A DNA stretch of 64,000 nt from Octopus sinensis (Eukaryota), in contig NC_043007.1 of assembly GCF_006345805.1 (NCBI RefSeq), positions 51,894,001-51,958,000 on the forward strand, read 5' to 3'. Position numbers and translations under genes: made by a program. Within the stretch, counting starts at the first letter, position 1; every line of letters begins with the position of its first letter. Below the pieces are notes generated by a model that worked only from the letters and a program-made list of their open reading frames with translations, did no database searches and was not told where the DNA came from. Below, piece by piece: positions 34,262-48,104 of this stretch.

Positions 34262-34503
34262 GAAAAATTCAAGGTAGAATACGCTAAAATAATTTGATCG
34301 TAAAAAGCATCTTAGTACTGGTTCCAGTCATTGAGACTTTTTCAAATCTAAGTACGGAAAACAATTAAATTTTGAAAAAAAATTAAATGAAAAGTTTTTT
34401 AAAAGAATATTTGCATAACATTCAAATACAAGGGGCATTTTCCTTGTTTCTGCCAGTCTCTGTCTCTCTTGTTTAATCTTGTGGGTTCGAGGTCGTTTGG
34501 TAA

Positions 34504-35675
34504 AGAAGAAGAAGAAGAAGAAGAAGAAGAAGAATTCGGGAGTGTTAGGATAGTAGTAGTATGTTAAACGGTCAAGTATTCTGAAAGTGACTTGTTGTGA
34601 ATGGTAGTAGTGATTGTAGTATCTCTTGAATGTATTGTTTTTAATATTTGCGTGGGTGTTATTCTAAGCAGCAGTAGTGGTAAAGTAAGGAAGGAGGTGG
34701 CGGAGGGGAAGAAGAAGTCGAAGAAGAAGAAAGAGAAGAAGAGAAAGAATAATAAAAGAAGGAAAAGTCTCCTAACACAAGCCCGAATACGCTCAGCAAC
34801 AACACTGAAGCCGTCAGTAAAAAGATGCGGAAGACCCAACTGCGGGATATGCGTCAATTTAATTGAGGCATCAGAGTTCTCCCTCAAACAGGAATAATGG
34901 TTCACAGTGAAAAGCAACTTCACATGTGCTTCAGAGAACCTGATATACGCACTAACCTGCTCTGAGTGTCAAGAGCAATACATAGGCCAAACAAAAAACA
35001 GTCTACGTCAAAGGATGGCTCTGCACAGATCCCAGATCAAAATTCCGAAAAACAGGAAAATAGCATTCAGCCAACACATCGACATTTGCGCCAATAACAA
35101 AAATCCAAGCTTCAGAATTTTCCCTCTATCAATTGGAGGACGATGCAACATGTAGCCGACGAATTAGTAGAGTCGTTCTTTATCACAAAATACAAACCCC
35201 TTTTGAACGCATTTACAACAAATGACATATCCATCACGACCTTAGAATAACACACACGCAAACGTTAAAAATGATACATTCCAAAGAGATTCCCAAGAAT
35301 TCTTTAAAAACAATCCCAATCACTACTATTATCCGCAACGAATTACTTTTAGGTCACTTGATCATCTAACATCCTACTACTATCATACCACTCATGCATT
35401 CTTTTTTTATTATTCTTTCTCTTCTTCTCCTTCTCCTTCTTCGTCTTCTTCTTCCTCTCCGCCACCTCCTTCCTTACTTTACTACTACTGTTGCTTAGAA
35501 TAACACCCACGCAAATATTAAAACAATACATTCAAAAGAGATATCTCAAGAATTCAATCACTGTTACCATTCACAAGTCACTTCCAGGGTACTTGACCAT
35601 TTACTACCAAAGCACTCCCGCATTCTTTTATCTTCTTCTTCTTCTTCTTCTTCTTCTTCTTCTTCTTCTTCTTCT
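34504..35675 (+). mobile_element. Penelope-like (Neptune-like) GIY-YIG fragment with inverted terminal segments
   Basis: CGRPNCGIC, FTCASENLIYALTCSECQEQYIGQTKNSLRQRM..H; ~34504-34760 is an inverted copy of ~35399-35675, including the (GAA)n/(TTC)n ends. Confidence 0.82.
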
Positions 35676-35683
35676 TTGCCAAG

Positions 35684-35803
35684 AATTCAGGAGTTCAGTA
35701 CCACTACGTGGCACCTCGAGCAAAAATCTTCTACTATAGCCTCGGGCCGACCAAAGCCTTGTGAGTGAATTTGGTAGACGGAAAATGAAAGAAGTCCGTC
35801 GTA
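35684..35803 (+). mobile_element. Partial main-family SINE (B-box to internal microsatellite)
   Basis: Similar to 61035-61145. Confidence 0.75.
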
Positions 35804-36281
35804 TATTCTCAATTATTCTCAAAGAAAGATAAAAAAAAGTTGCCTCCTCTTTGCTTCGCTCGGTTCGGAGAAATTATTACTTTGGGCGAGAAGATTCTTG
35901 CATTTAGAGGAGAGACAATGACGTGGCGTATTCTTCCCAGATTATTTTGTAAGAGCCTTAGAGTATAAAAAACAGTGGCTGAAAGTTGAGGGGCGAATTC
36001 GGACTATACGGCTTTCGGATGCACGCTCGCTGCCAAGATCTTTGAAATCTCTTTTCAAGAACCAACATTTTCTATCAATACTTCTTCTTCACTCTGGTGA
36101 CTATTTTACTTCGTCCAATATTTGATTATTGACCCAATTATTTTGTATCAGCTCTGTACTGCCATTATTGTAAACTTTATCATATCTTTCAATACATAAC
36201 TGAATTATACAGTCCTGTTTGTTTTACTAGCTGGTTTCGATTGGGGACTGTTCCTTGTCATGCAGTAACTGTAACGAAAAT

Positions 36282-36299
36282 TGGAGGCTCGTCCGGGAT
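36282..36299 (+). promoter_or_regulatory. Primer-binding site, tRNA-Pro
   Basis: TGGAGGCTCGTCCGGGAT matches the complement of the tRNA-Pro 3' end (TGGGGGCTCGTCCGGGAT) at 17/18 and lies just after the LTR. Confidence 0.8.
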
Positions 36300-37242
36300 C
36301 GAATTCATTAGACATTTTGTATAAAAGAAAATCTATTTCAAATTTCTGCATTTTTTTGCAAGCAAGTTAACTGTGAAGCCAACAAATATAGTGTTTAAAC
36401 TAGAGGATTCTCTTAAGTCTCCTATCCCTGAGATAGTCGGTGCCTTGCACAAATCGGATTTATTGGAAATTTCTGTACCTTTCAAACTTGAGGCCAAACC
36501 TGCCATGAGGAAATTTCAGATTTTGAAAATTGTTTTAAATCACTTCGTTGGTGAGGGAGTTTTCGGACGTGATGTTTTGGAGATGGTGAAAGAACCTTCA
36601 GACCATTTGGAAATGAAAAGGCTTGAAGTTCAATTAGAATTCAAAAAATTGGAAATTGAGAGCGAAATGGAATTCAGAAAATTAGAAAAAGAATATGAAG
36701 TTGAGCTTGAAAAGCTAGAAAATTCTTTTCCTCCCTCACACCCTTCCTCTTTCGAAATTGCAAGACCTGCCAGACTGGTTCCACCTTTCAATGAAAGAGG
36801 TGGACAAGTATTTTCTACATTTTGAAAAAGTTACTGAAAACCTCAAGTGGCCTAAGGAGACCTGCAAAATGTTTTGATGGGTAAAGCTCAGGATGTATTT
36901 TCGGCCTTATCTGTAGAGTAAAGTTCAAATTATGATCTGGTTAAGAGGACCCTTTTAAAAGCTTATGAGTTAGTACCCGAAGCTTTTCGACAGAAATTTA
37001 GGAATGCTCATAAAAGGGACAATAAGACTTTTGTAGAGTTTGCTATGGAGAAGGAAGCTTTGTTTGATAGGTGATATAGTTCTAAGGAGATCACATATTT
37101 TCATAGTTTGAAGCAGTTAGTTTTGATGGAAGATTTGAAACAGTATTCATTCTAATCTCCAGATTTATTTGAATGAACGAAAGGTTGATGTTTTACATCT
37201 TGGCAGATGATTATTATTTGACTCACAAGAAGTTTTTTCTGT

Positions 37243-37622
37243 GCACAAGGCTCGAAATTTTGGGGGAGGGGGCCAGTCGATGAGATTGACCCCAGTACGC
37301 AACTGGTACTTAATTTATCGACCCCGAAAGCATGAAAAGCAAAGTCGACCTCGGCGGAATTTGAACTTAATGTAAAAGCAGACGAAATACCTATTTCTTT
37401 ACTACCCACAATGGACTAAACACAAAGAGGACAAACAAGGACAGACAAACGGATTAAGTTGATTATGTCGACCCCAGTGCATAACTGGTACTTATTTAAT
37501 CGACCCCGAAAGGATGAAAAGCAAAGTCGACCTCGGCAGAATTGGAACTCAGAACGTAACGGCAGACAAAATATGGCTACGCATTTCACCCGGCGTGCTA
37601 ACGTTTCTGCCAGCTCGCCGCC
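37243..37622 (-). mobile_element. Two adjacent/nested second-family SINE copies inserted in Gypsy gag
   Basis: Partial copy 37243-37392 and full copy 37393-37622, both homologous to 18878-19103. Confidence 0.8.
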
Positions 37623-39903
37623 TTTCTGTCTATGCATATTGTAAGCGATCAGGTCATTTGATTTTTGCATGTCTCAAGCTTAAGCTTAAAAATCAGTCCT
37701 CAGGTTCCCCAAATGCTTTAGTGTGTATTGCACCTAAGTCTTTCTTTTCGGGTGGTTCTGAGGAAAGTTTTGCATGTGAGAGTAAGTCCCCAGATTCCGT
37801 AGTTCGGAAGGAGTTTTTGCCCTTTGTTTACAAAGGTTCTGTGTCGCTTATGAGAGATAAGTCTACTCCATGGCCCGTTACTATTTTGACGGATACTGGA
37901 GCTCTTCAGTCTCTGATTTTGAAGGATATGCTATCTTTTTGTGATGAGTCTTCAGCGAACTCAGATGTTTTGCTTCAGGGTATTAGTAGCAATTCTTCTG
38001 CTCTCTCTATTTTGTGAATTTAAATTCACCTCTGATTCCTGGTGAAGTAAAAGTTGGTGTTCTTGACTCTCTCCCAGTTCCGGGTGTCGATTTGTTGATC
38101 GGAAATGATTTTATGGGGGTCCAAAGTTGGTGCTGATCCTATTGTCACTGTTTCTCCGGAGAGTTCTGTTAGTACAGAAAAGTTGGATGATTTTCCCGGT
38201 ATCTTTCCTCGTTCGATATCTAAAGTCATTTCTTCCAAGACTTCTTCGCCGAATGATTCCATTTATGATTTGTCAGGTACTTTCGTGGATAATTCTTTTG
38301 TAAGGGAGAGGCTGATGACTTACCTTTAAATGGTAGTGACTCTTCTGGTATTCTTGTTAGGTCTGATGGAGGATCGGGAGGTGGTCACATTATTTCTAGA
38401 GAGCAGCTTATTAGTGTGCTGGGTGAGAATGTTGAGTTGCTGAAGTTAGCTAATAAGGCTGTTTCTTTTGAAGAGGTTAGCAAGGTTCCAGTTTGTTATT
38501 ACTTTAAGGGTGGTGTTATGATGAGGAATTATAGGCCGCCGGACATTCCTGCAGGGGATGAATGGAAATTGTATCATCAAATTGTGGTAACTAAATTGTT
38601 ACGAAATCATGTACTTTCATTGGCAGATGAAAGTCCCATGGCAGGTCATTTAGGTGTAAACAAAACTTGTGAGAAAATTTTGGCACATTTCTTTTGGCCT
38701 AGTTTGAGACAAGATGTGGCTGAGTTTTATAAAACCTGTCATGCATGCCAAATTGTTGGAAAACCAAATCGGAAATTTCTTTCGCTCCTTTGAAACCAAT
38801 ACCGACTTTTGGGGAACCTTTCAGTCGAGTTATCATTGATTGTGTTGGTCTACAACCTAAGACTAAGTCGGGTAATCAGAATCTTCTCACTATCCTGTGT
38901 GCTTCTATCAGATTTCCTAAAGCTATTCCTCTTCGTATGAATGTCGCTCCTGTGATTGTCAAGGCTTTGATCAAGGAAAAGAAAAAAGGGTAAAATTTCA
39001 GTGGGATAAGAGATGCATTTGAAAGAGCCAAAGCGATTCCCTTGAATACTCCAGTACTCCAGGCACCAAATTTTGAGAAACCATTTAAATTACAAATTGA
39101 TGTAGGTTCAGGTGGTGTCCTGATTCAAGAGGATGATTCGAGAATTGATCATCCAGTTTATTTTTCCAAGAAGTTTGACAAGCATCAGAGAAATTATTCT
39201 ACAATAGTAGCAGAAAGAAGCATGGTTAGCTTTACAGCCTTTTGAAGTGTATCTTGGAACCACTACTTCTCCAACTGAAGATTTTACTGACCACAATCCC
39301 TTGATCTTTCTTCACAAAATGAAGAACAGAAATCAGACTTATGCGGTAGAGTTTGACTTCGCAAGCGTTCAATCTTGTGACAAGGCGTATTAAGGGCAAA
39401 GTCAATGTTTGTGCTGATGCTCTTTCTACATTGTAAAATTCAGAATATTATAACTTGATGATGCTGTAAATTGTATTTGCTCGATGCTGTATGTTGCATC
39501 TGCATTGTATTTGGTACTTCTGTATGATACTTATATTAATTATATTATCATTACTATTGTAACAAAGTTTGTGAAACTTTCTTTTCCTTAACCCATAAAG
39601 TGCTGGGATTTGTACTTACATAGCAAGGACTGCTGAGCACATTTTATGAAAATGAGACTACTATACAGACATAAACAAAAAATAATTAAAATATCTTCTT
39701 AGTATATAATGGTGGCAAGTTTTACATCTGAAAAGTCATTAGCTAAACTATTAGTTCACAAGTTCTGGAGCATATCGGAGCGTTTGAGTGACATTAGACC
39801 CCAACAAATGCCCATAAATTAAATGCATCTACCTGCGCCACGATCGTGGCCTGTCGACCTATGTATGACGGCCATGATCGTGGCTCGTCGCGCTTTATAT
39901 GTT

Positions 39904-39914
39904 AAGGGGAAGAG
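39904..39914 (+). promoter_or_regulatory. Polypurine tract
   Basis: AAGGGGAAGAG immediately precedes TGTTATGAG (3' LTR start). Confidence 0.75.
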
Positions 39915-40055
39915 TGTTATGAGAATGTATCATTCTTAATTATAATATTGTAATAATTAAGTTATAGTTATCTTTAGGTCGAAAAGGTTTAGCCCATTGG
40001 TTGGTTTTGAACTAGTGAAGTCACTATATATATACATATATATATATATATACAT

Positions 40056-40155
<100 letters not shown>

Positions 40156-40932
40156 TCACCAATTATTCTTAAAGAAAAAAGATTGCCGCCTCTTTGCTTT
40201 GCTTCGCTTGGCTCGGAGAAACTACTACTTTGGGCGAGAAGTTTCTTGCATTAAGGGGAGAGACAGTGACGTAGTGCACTTTTGCCAGATTATTTTGTAA
40301 GTGCCTTAGAGTATAAAAGACGGTGAAGGACGACTGCGGCACGACTTTGCATTATACGGTTTTCAAATGTACGCTTTCGTCAAGCGTCGTCATAGACATT
40401 GAAATCTGTGTTCAGAAACCTACATCTTCAATCAATACTTCTTGGACTCATGACTCTGGTAATTATTATTCTTTGTTCAATATTTAATTATTGATCCAGT
40501 TATATAGTATCAACTCTGTACTGCCATTATTGTAAACGTTATCATATTTTTCAATACATAACTGAATCATATAGACCTGTTCGTTTTACTCGCTGGTTTC
40601 GATTGGGGGCTGTTTCGTTGTCATGCAGTAACCATAACAATACATACATACATACATACATACATACATACATACATACATACATACATACCAGGGGCGT
40701 GCACTCTCAGGTATGCAAGGTATGCGTTGCATGCCCTGTGATTTGTTTATCCATATGATCGAAAATTAGATAAAATAGTTACTTTGTTTCAAAGAAAATC
40801 CGTCCAGTTGTTTTGGAAATATTTTGTCTCCCCTTCTCCTCTCTCAGTGACTCGTACTTCTGCTTTGAGAAGTCATGCTTCGAGAAAACCCGCATGACCT
40901 TCCTCTCTGTCTCTTTGTGAGTTTGTCCCTCC

Positions 40933-40974
<42 letters not shown>

Positions 40975-41329
40975 AGTGACTTGATAAAACAGATGCTAGG
41001 AGGAAAGGTCGTTCATAATATTTTGTACCCCCTTCCTCTCTCTCTCAGTAGCATGTCATGCTTTGAGATGACCGCATGATACCCACTCTCTGTCTCTTTG
41101 CTAGTGTAGAATTGTTGCTAAACATCTGTTTGCACTATTATATTTTTTGAGTGTTCTGAAAACAAAAATATAATTTATATTATAGTTCTTATTTCAGAAG
41201 TAGCTAATTAATCTTAAATTAATTTAACTAAGATTATTTTTCCGTTTTGTTGAAATTGACTTACAATTTACGCCGGCGCTTCCACGTGTGTTCGTAAACA
41301 AGAACAGCCTTTTACGAAATGAGTGAAAT

Positions 41330-43030
41330 GTGTGTTATAAACGATATTTTGAGAAATAGTTTTTCGAAAGAGACTTCGATGGAAAATAATTAATTATAAA
41401 TGGTGGGAGACCAACACCGAATTTACCTAATCTGCGAAGCTACAACAAGAAATTCACGAGACAATTTCAGGTTAATTTGTATGAAAAGAAAAAATGGTTA
41501 ACTGGGAATGCTATCCTTATAAAATTATTCTGTTGGCCTTGTTTACTTTTTTGCTTAGAAAAGAATGTTTGGAATGATAAAGGCTATGATGATTTAAATA
41601 ATTTACATATGGCTATGTTAAAGCACAAGCGTTCTCAAAGGCATATAAAATCTTTGATAGATCTTAAAATATTCGAGAATGTTCGCATAGACTTACAATT
41701 TGATGCATGTAAAAATCAAAGAATACAACATCATAATGAGAAAGTCAGATGAAACAGATCCATTCTGCAATGATTAATCGATGTTGTTATTTTTTTAGGC
41801 TTCCAGGAATTATCGTTTTGGGGTCATTTTGAATCTGAAGGCTCTAATAATAGTGGAAATTATAAAGAACTCGTATATGTAATCAGTAAATATGACAAAA
41901 AATGGAAAGTCATCTAGATACAGCTTCTATCTTCACCGGTCTGTCAAACAGAATTCAAAATGACTTGATCGATGCAATTCATAAAGTTATGTTGAATGAG
42001 ATGCAAAAGGAAATCGAGCAAGCTAAGTTTGTTTCTATTTTTGTTGATGAGACATCTGATGCCTCAGCATATTCACAACTGTCAACAGTTTTACGTTATG
42101 TTACAGAAGACTGTGTGACGAAAGAACGATTTATCGGTTTTAGTGATGTTAGTGAAGATCGATCTGCAAATGCTTTATCTGAACATGTTTCTAAATGCAT
42201 TGAATTGTGGAAATGTGAAAACAAATTGATTGCACGAACCTATAACGGTGCCACTACAATGGCAGGACAATTAAATGGGTTACAGGCAAAAGTAAGAAAG
42301 AAATATGAATGTGCGATCTTTATTCATTGTTGTGCCCATATCCTAAATTTAGTTCTTTCACAATCATGCTCTGCTATGAAAGAACGCAAGATATCTTTTT
42401 GTACAATAAACGGACTGAGTACATTTTTACGAAATCACCGAAAAGGGCTAATGCATTAGATAACATTGTTAAAAAAAAAATTTCCGAAGGCAACAGCAAT
42501 GGAATTACTCCTCCCGGCTTATTATTACCACAAAGGAAAATTATAATTTCATAATCAGCCTTTTTGAGCACATCATTGAAAATCCTGAAGCATGGAATGA
42601 TACCACCATAAATTCAGCAATTAGATTCTTACACACTTAAAAGCTCCTGATTTCTTATTTTTGTTAGAAGTATTCAGTGAGATTTTTTCTTTTACTGACG
42701 TCTTATTTAACATCCTCTCGAGTAAAAGTCATGACATAATGTATTGTAAAGAGCAAATAGATAAAACTAGAATTGTACTCGAAAACAAACTTGATAATTT
42801 TTCAATCATTTATATGTTAGGGGGAAAATATGGAGTCGATGCAAGAATCGGAATTCAGAGATCCAAGAATATATCTATTGAGCCCCAACGACATTATAAA
42901 ATGCTTTATAACAAAATTATCAGTACAATAGTTGACCAAATAAAAGCACGATATTCATCCTTAGAAGAGTTTAAATTCATGGAACTTTCGAATTTCAACA
43001 AATTTGATGAGTATTGCAGACAATTTAAAA
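41330..43030 (+). pseudogene. hAT transposase (TTF-zinc-finger/DUF4371 type), disrupted, C-terminus missing
   Basis: KKWL..KLFCWPCLLF, GH.ES...GNYKEL, SIFVDETSD..QLSTVLRYV..ERFIGF, FIHCCAHILNL, YSSLEEFKFMEL. Confidence 0.82.
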
Positions 43031-43036
43031 ATCATG

Positions 43037-43295
43037 GGTACTATTTAAGAAGAGTGGTTTCGATGCGCGCACCCGAGCATCCACGCCAGCTAGTCGTGAC
43101 TAGTCGATCCTTACTTTGTGTTTTTGTGTTTTATTTACTTTGTTTAAAATATTATTTACTTTGTGTTTTTGTGTTTTGTATATTTTGTTTAAAGATTTTA
43201 TTTACTTTGCTAGATAGTCGTAGGATCTCTAGTCACGACTAGCCAGCGCGGATGCGCGAGCGCGCGCAACGGGACCACTCTTCTTAAATAGTACC
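43037..43295. mobile_element. 259-bp MITE-like fold-back element inside the hAT
   Basis: 22-bp perfect TIR GGTACTATTTAAGAAGAGTGGT; inner inverted CTAGTCGTGACTAG/CTAGTCACGACTAG; AT-rich tandem core. Confidence 0.8.
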
Positions 43296-44342
43296 AGGGC
43301 GACGTTGTTTTTATTCTAGGTCATACGGGGGTGATTGCATATTCAGAATCTCCCATATGTAAATCGTAGGAATTCGAAATTTTTTTTACTGAAAAATTGC
43401 CGGGGGGGGGGGGTAAAGAAATTCATTGCATGCCCAACCCCGGAAGTCACCGCACGCCACTGATACATACATACATACATACATACATACATACATACAT
43501 ACATACATACATACATACATACATACATACGTACTTGCATCACCGTGCAGCATATTTTAGTTTTAAAGAGATAATTCCTGTACTACTAAAGTTGGTATTT
43601 TTTCATAATTGTCTACATTCTCAAAATTAAAAGAGGAGCAAAGATTTGTTTAACGATCAAAATGTTCCTATATCTTGTAATCCAGAATTGATATGTGTAA
43701 CTGATCCTCACCAGGCTGGCTTTGTTTCACTTTCTTCACACCACCAAATCTATATTTCTGTATAGATTCTATCTCTACGCATCGATAATTTGTGACAAGG
43801 CTACATTTTTTTTCTGACTAATTCCAAAATCGGTAAAAATATCTAGAATCATCTGTCGTTCTGGCAGAACCGTTAGTATATCAGACAGAATCTTTAGCAG
43901 TATTTCTTCGAGCTTTACGTTCCGATTTCAAATTTCGTCGAGGTCTGCTATCCTTTGCGGTCGATAGAATGTGTTCTAGTTGCGTACTGACGTCGATAAA
44001 ATCGACTAGTCCTCCTCCCTCTAAATTTCAGTTCTTGCGCCGATGATAGAAACTATTATTACAAACAGAAAAGCGGCAAGCTGGCCGAACTGTTAGCGCG
44101 TCGGACAAAATCGCATTTCTTCCGAGTGAGTTCAAATTTGAATTTCGACGTTCTGAGTACTAGGCACGATGTTATCGACTTACTCTAAAATTGCTGATCT
44201 TGTGTCAAAATTTTAAACCATTATTAGAAACAAAAAATGCTGTGATTAATAAGTTCGCTCCACAACCACGTGGTTTCGATATCGATCGAACTGCACGGGG
44301 ATTTTTGCAAGATTTTTTCTACAAAACTTTGGGCTTGATCGC

Positions 44343-44388
<46 letters not shown>

Positions 44389-44804
44389 GTTGCAAACTGG
44401 ATGTTCATCTCGCGGCTCGAGTTTCGTACCACTGCGATCGTCAAGCGACAACCCACCTCATTAGAATTTAGTTTGGTGGGTGCAGGCATGTGTTTAACAA
44501 GTTCGCTTCTTAAGTATGTAATTTTAAGTTCAGACCCATACAACGTTAACATAGCCTCGACAGAGCGATTAAAACAGGCAAGACGGAATCTAAGTGAAAG
44601 CCGGTCAAAAGAACTATAGTGAAATAATGGCACACCGTCAATTACGACGACGAGTGTTCCAGCTGATCCGATCAACGGAAGAGCTTGCTTGTGAAATTAA
44701 CGTGCAAGTGGCTGGGCACTCCACAGACACGCGTACCCTTAACGTAGTTCTCAGGAAGATTCAGTGTAACACAAAATATGACAAGGCTGGGTCCTTTTTA
44801 ATTA

Positions 44805-44950
44805 CATGCACTACTCATTTTTCCTAGCTGAATGGACTGGAACAACGTGAAATAAAATATCACGCTGAAGGACACGACACTCCACCGGGTATCGAACTTA
44901 CGACCTTAGGTCGTAAGCTAAATATCCTAATCACTAAGTCACGCGCCTTC
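44805..44950 (-). mobile_element. tRNA-derived SINE, third family, degenerate
   Basis: Minus strand: A-box-like GTGACTTAGTGATTAGG, B-box GTTCGATACC, then GTGTCCTT..CAGTCCATTCAGCT. Confidence 0.6.
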
Positions 44951-45937
44951 ACCAAAAGAACTATCTTCCTACTTTACAGTGCCACATGATCCTTGGGTAC
45001 ATTTACCGGAGTCCATTCGGCCGTCAATTATACATGCTACGTCTCCAACCTGAAGACGGCCAACAACCTCTGAACTAATTTTCGAAATTGATGCAGCGCA
45101 TGAGATTTAAAGTAAGAAAACGTAATTTCAACAGAACAGAAATAGACCTGTCAAAAGAAACCGGAACACTTCATGGCTACCATGTAAGAAGAATACCGAC
45201 TTCACGGAACTATTAAAGCAAACCAAGTAATTATGACTCTAGATCTAATAATCAGGGCATCACATACACATGGCTATTTCATCATCGAATATTTCTTCAC
45301 TAAGTTCTAAATAAAAAATATTTATACATGAAGCAAATAAAAGTTATTATATTTGGATACTCCTGTCTTTCACATTATCTATAATCTCCCATTCTTCATT
45401 GTTTGCTTATTTTACTATTTTAAGCTCTTATCGGCTTTTCTGGTTATCTGTATCTGACGTAGTAGATAAATTCGCATGCACAGACGCACGCACACACACA
45501 CACACACACACACATACACACACACATACACATACACACATACACACACACGTGTGTGTATTTTCTAGATATAAGTGCTATGTTCAATTCTTAAGTTTTA
45601 TCACCCTATCAATAGTATTTATGGTTATCTGTGCTTTGCTCTTAAAATATCGTCTGACTTGGGCGATATTTAAACCACCATCTTTTCTTATTTTTCTTTT
45701 TTTTTTCACCGTGGAACAAACGGTTAATAATCACACTGTTCTTTGAACGTTGCTAAACGGATATATATAATACCCCCCCCCCATCCTACAGCACACACAC
45801 ATGCAGTATCTCTCAATCTATTTTCCAAATCTGTTTATATCTTTAAACCTGTTTATAATCTGTCGTACTGTCTAAACCAGAGTCTTTTTTTGCATTTCGT
45901 CGTGTGTGTGTGTACATGTACATGGATTATGCATACA

Positions 45938-45977
<40 letters not shown>

Positions 45978-47431
45978 CACACACACACACACATATACAA
46001 TTCATATAAATCCACGTATATAAAAACATATAATGCTTGTATCACTTTTCTCTATATATATATACCTCCTTCTCCCCCCTTGTTTGTGTATATGTACATA
46101 TATACAGATACAGCATTTTCTTTGCAATGGCCAGGTGGTAGGGTGTATATGAAGAGAAGTACTAAAATGAAAAAATGACAATGATTAAGAATGAGAAATT
46201 GGATGGAGGAAGGAATAAAATGAAAGATAGTGAAGAATTCGATGAAGGGAAAACAAGAATGAATTTAAAACTACGGAGAAAAACTGAGAAAGTTTTGTGA
46301 AGAAGGAAAAACAGAATGAAGCTAAACTGAATAAAAGAAATGAACAAATTGGAAGAATTTAGAATGGCAAAAGCAATGGAAGGAAGGACTTCTGAATAGT
46401 TATATATCTCTATATCTTTCCATCTCACTCTCTTTTACTCTCTTTCCATTTTCTATTCTTTTCTCTCTCCCTCACTTCATCTATCTAAGCTTTTAATTAC
46501 ATATGGTCCCCCACTTTATAATTGACCTCTTGATGTTTTTATTTGCTTCTGTATAAAGTAACAACAAAAAAGGCTGCTCTGCGAGTAGCAAACGATAACT
46601 GACGTGTGTTTATATGGCGGCGTGTGTGTTTGTTTAAAGCTTCAAGAGCTCGCCGCATTATATATCCAATAGAGTCGTGCGTAATCTGATAAATGATCTT
46701 ATGGTGTGTAAATATTCGCTTTCTTTTGGATTCTTTTTTTCCTTGTATTAGCGTGGTTAGGTGAGGCGCAGAGATATAGCGGTACAGGCATTCGGTCTCT
46801 TGCTAATGGCGACTACAAACGTCCAAACATAGTCATCACCATCACCAACACCATCGTCGCCACAGCTTGTCTCTAAAATAAAAGTTGAAGAGAGGTGTTT
46901 GGGTGGAATGGAGGAGTCATCTCATAGAACTTGTTTGATAAATAGAAATAAAGTAAAATCTATTTTAAAAAAAATAAAGCAAAAACCAAACAATGGCGAT
47001 AAAGCCAAAAGAAATAGAAAAACGGAAGTGGTATGTGAAGAGAAAGGAAGATTATCAGTGGCCCCTTAAACCAATAATCAGAAATATTTAGTTAATATCA
47101 CAGATTTCACCCCACAGACGTTCTAGTAGTAGCAGTTGGTAAGGGTTTGAAAAAATAGCTTTGCTCTGCTTTCGTTTGAAGTATTAAAGAAAACTCAAGA
47201 ACATTAAAAAACAAAGGTCCAGACATGGTAAGAGTTCATTAACGAATAGGAAGATACGATGTATGGTGTCAGAATGAAATATTTCAATGGTAAATGAACG
47301 ATTTGATGATACAATGTATGGAAGGATGGAATGAATTTCTAAAGAGTAGTTTTAATAATCAATTAGTATTCTGAAAACAGTCGTCTGCCATTATTTTCAG
47401 AGTAAATGTGATCCCGTACACTCTCTCTTTT

Positions 47432-47462
<31 letters not shown>

Positions 47463-48104
47463 CTCTCTCTCTCTCTCATCCTCTCTTTCTCTTTCACTTC
47501 TTCCTTTTTTATTCAGTGTCTCTTTAATTTCTCTTAAAGACTGTTAGATGTGATATGATACTAATTTGCCTACTCTTTCTAACAGATTGAGTGTGCATGG
47601 CTCGAATTTAACTCACATGGCTACATATATCCTATGGTGGAATCGAAGGTGAAGGGTAGTGAAAGTGAGAAAGTGAGAAAGAAAATTTAAATGGAAAGAA
47701 ACAATGGAAGTGTAAAGTGAAAATATGTAGCACGATATTGTAAATGATGGCGAAACACTACGATGTGTCTGTGGGGGGGGGGTTTACAAGGTATAGAAAC
47801 TTTAACAGCTGATAAACTCATTTGTCATTTCATTTTAGATTTAACCTATTAGAAATAATAAAGAGCAAGACTAAGATTTGAACAAAGGAAATTTGCTCTA
47901 AAATGAAAGTGGAAGTTTGAAAACGCAGTCGACGTGTAAAAACAGTTTCAAACAGATCCACTAACACGACTTACCATCACTCGAATTAGTGATGTGTTTG
48001 AAGCAGATGGAAATGTTCAGAATGTCCACAAGAAACGATCCGAAAGACCGCAGATATCGACAAGCATGAATATATTACAGTGCTACAGTCAGAAACTATA
48101 AAGG

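Larger units (their letters stand above)
40692..43462 (+). mobile_element. hAT DNA transposon inserted in (TACA)n
   Basis: TIRs CAGGGGCGTGC / GCACGCCACTG; ATACATAC on both flanks (compatible with an 8-bp TSD); degenerate transposase inside. Confidence 0.85.

Noticed and set aside
43900-44790. GC-richer island suggesting a promoter or exon
   Set aside because: It appears to consist of degenerate SINE-like and other repeat pieces around a (TG)n; the ORFs have no recognisable domains.
44980-45111. Segment bounded by a good-looking acceptor (TTTACAG) and donor (GTAAGA)
   Set aside because: Stops in all three frames and no other support; cannot be called an exon.
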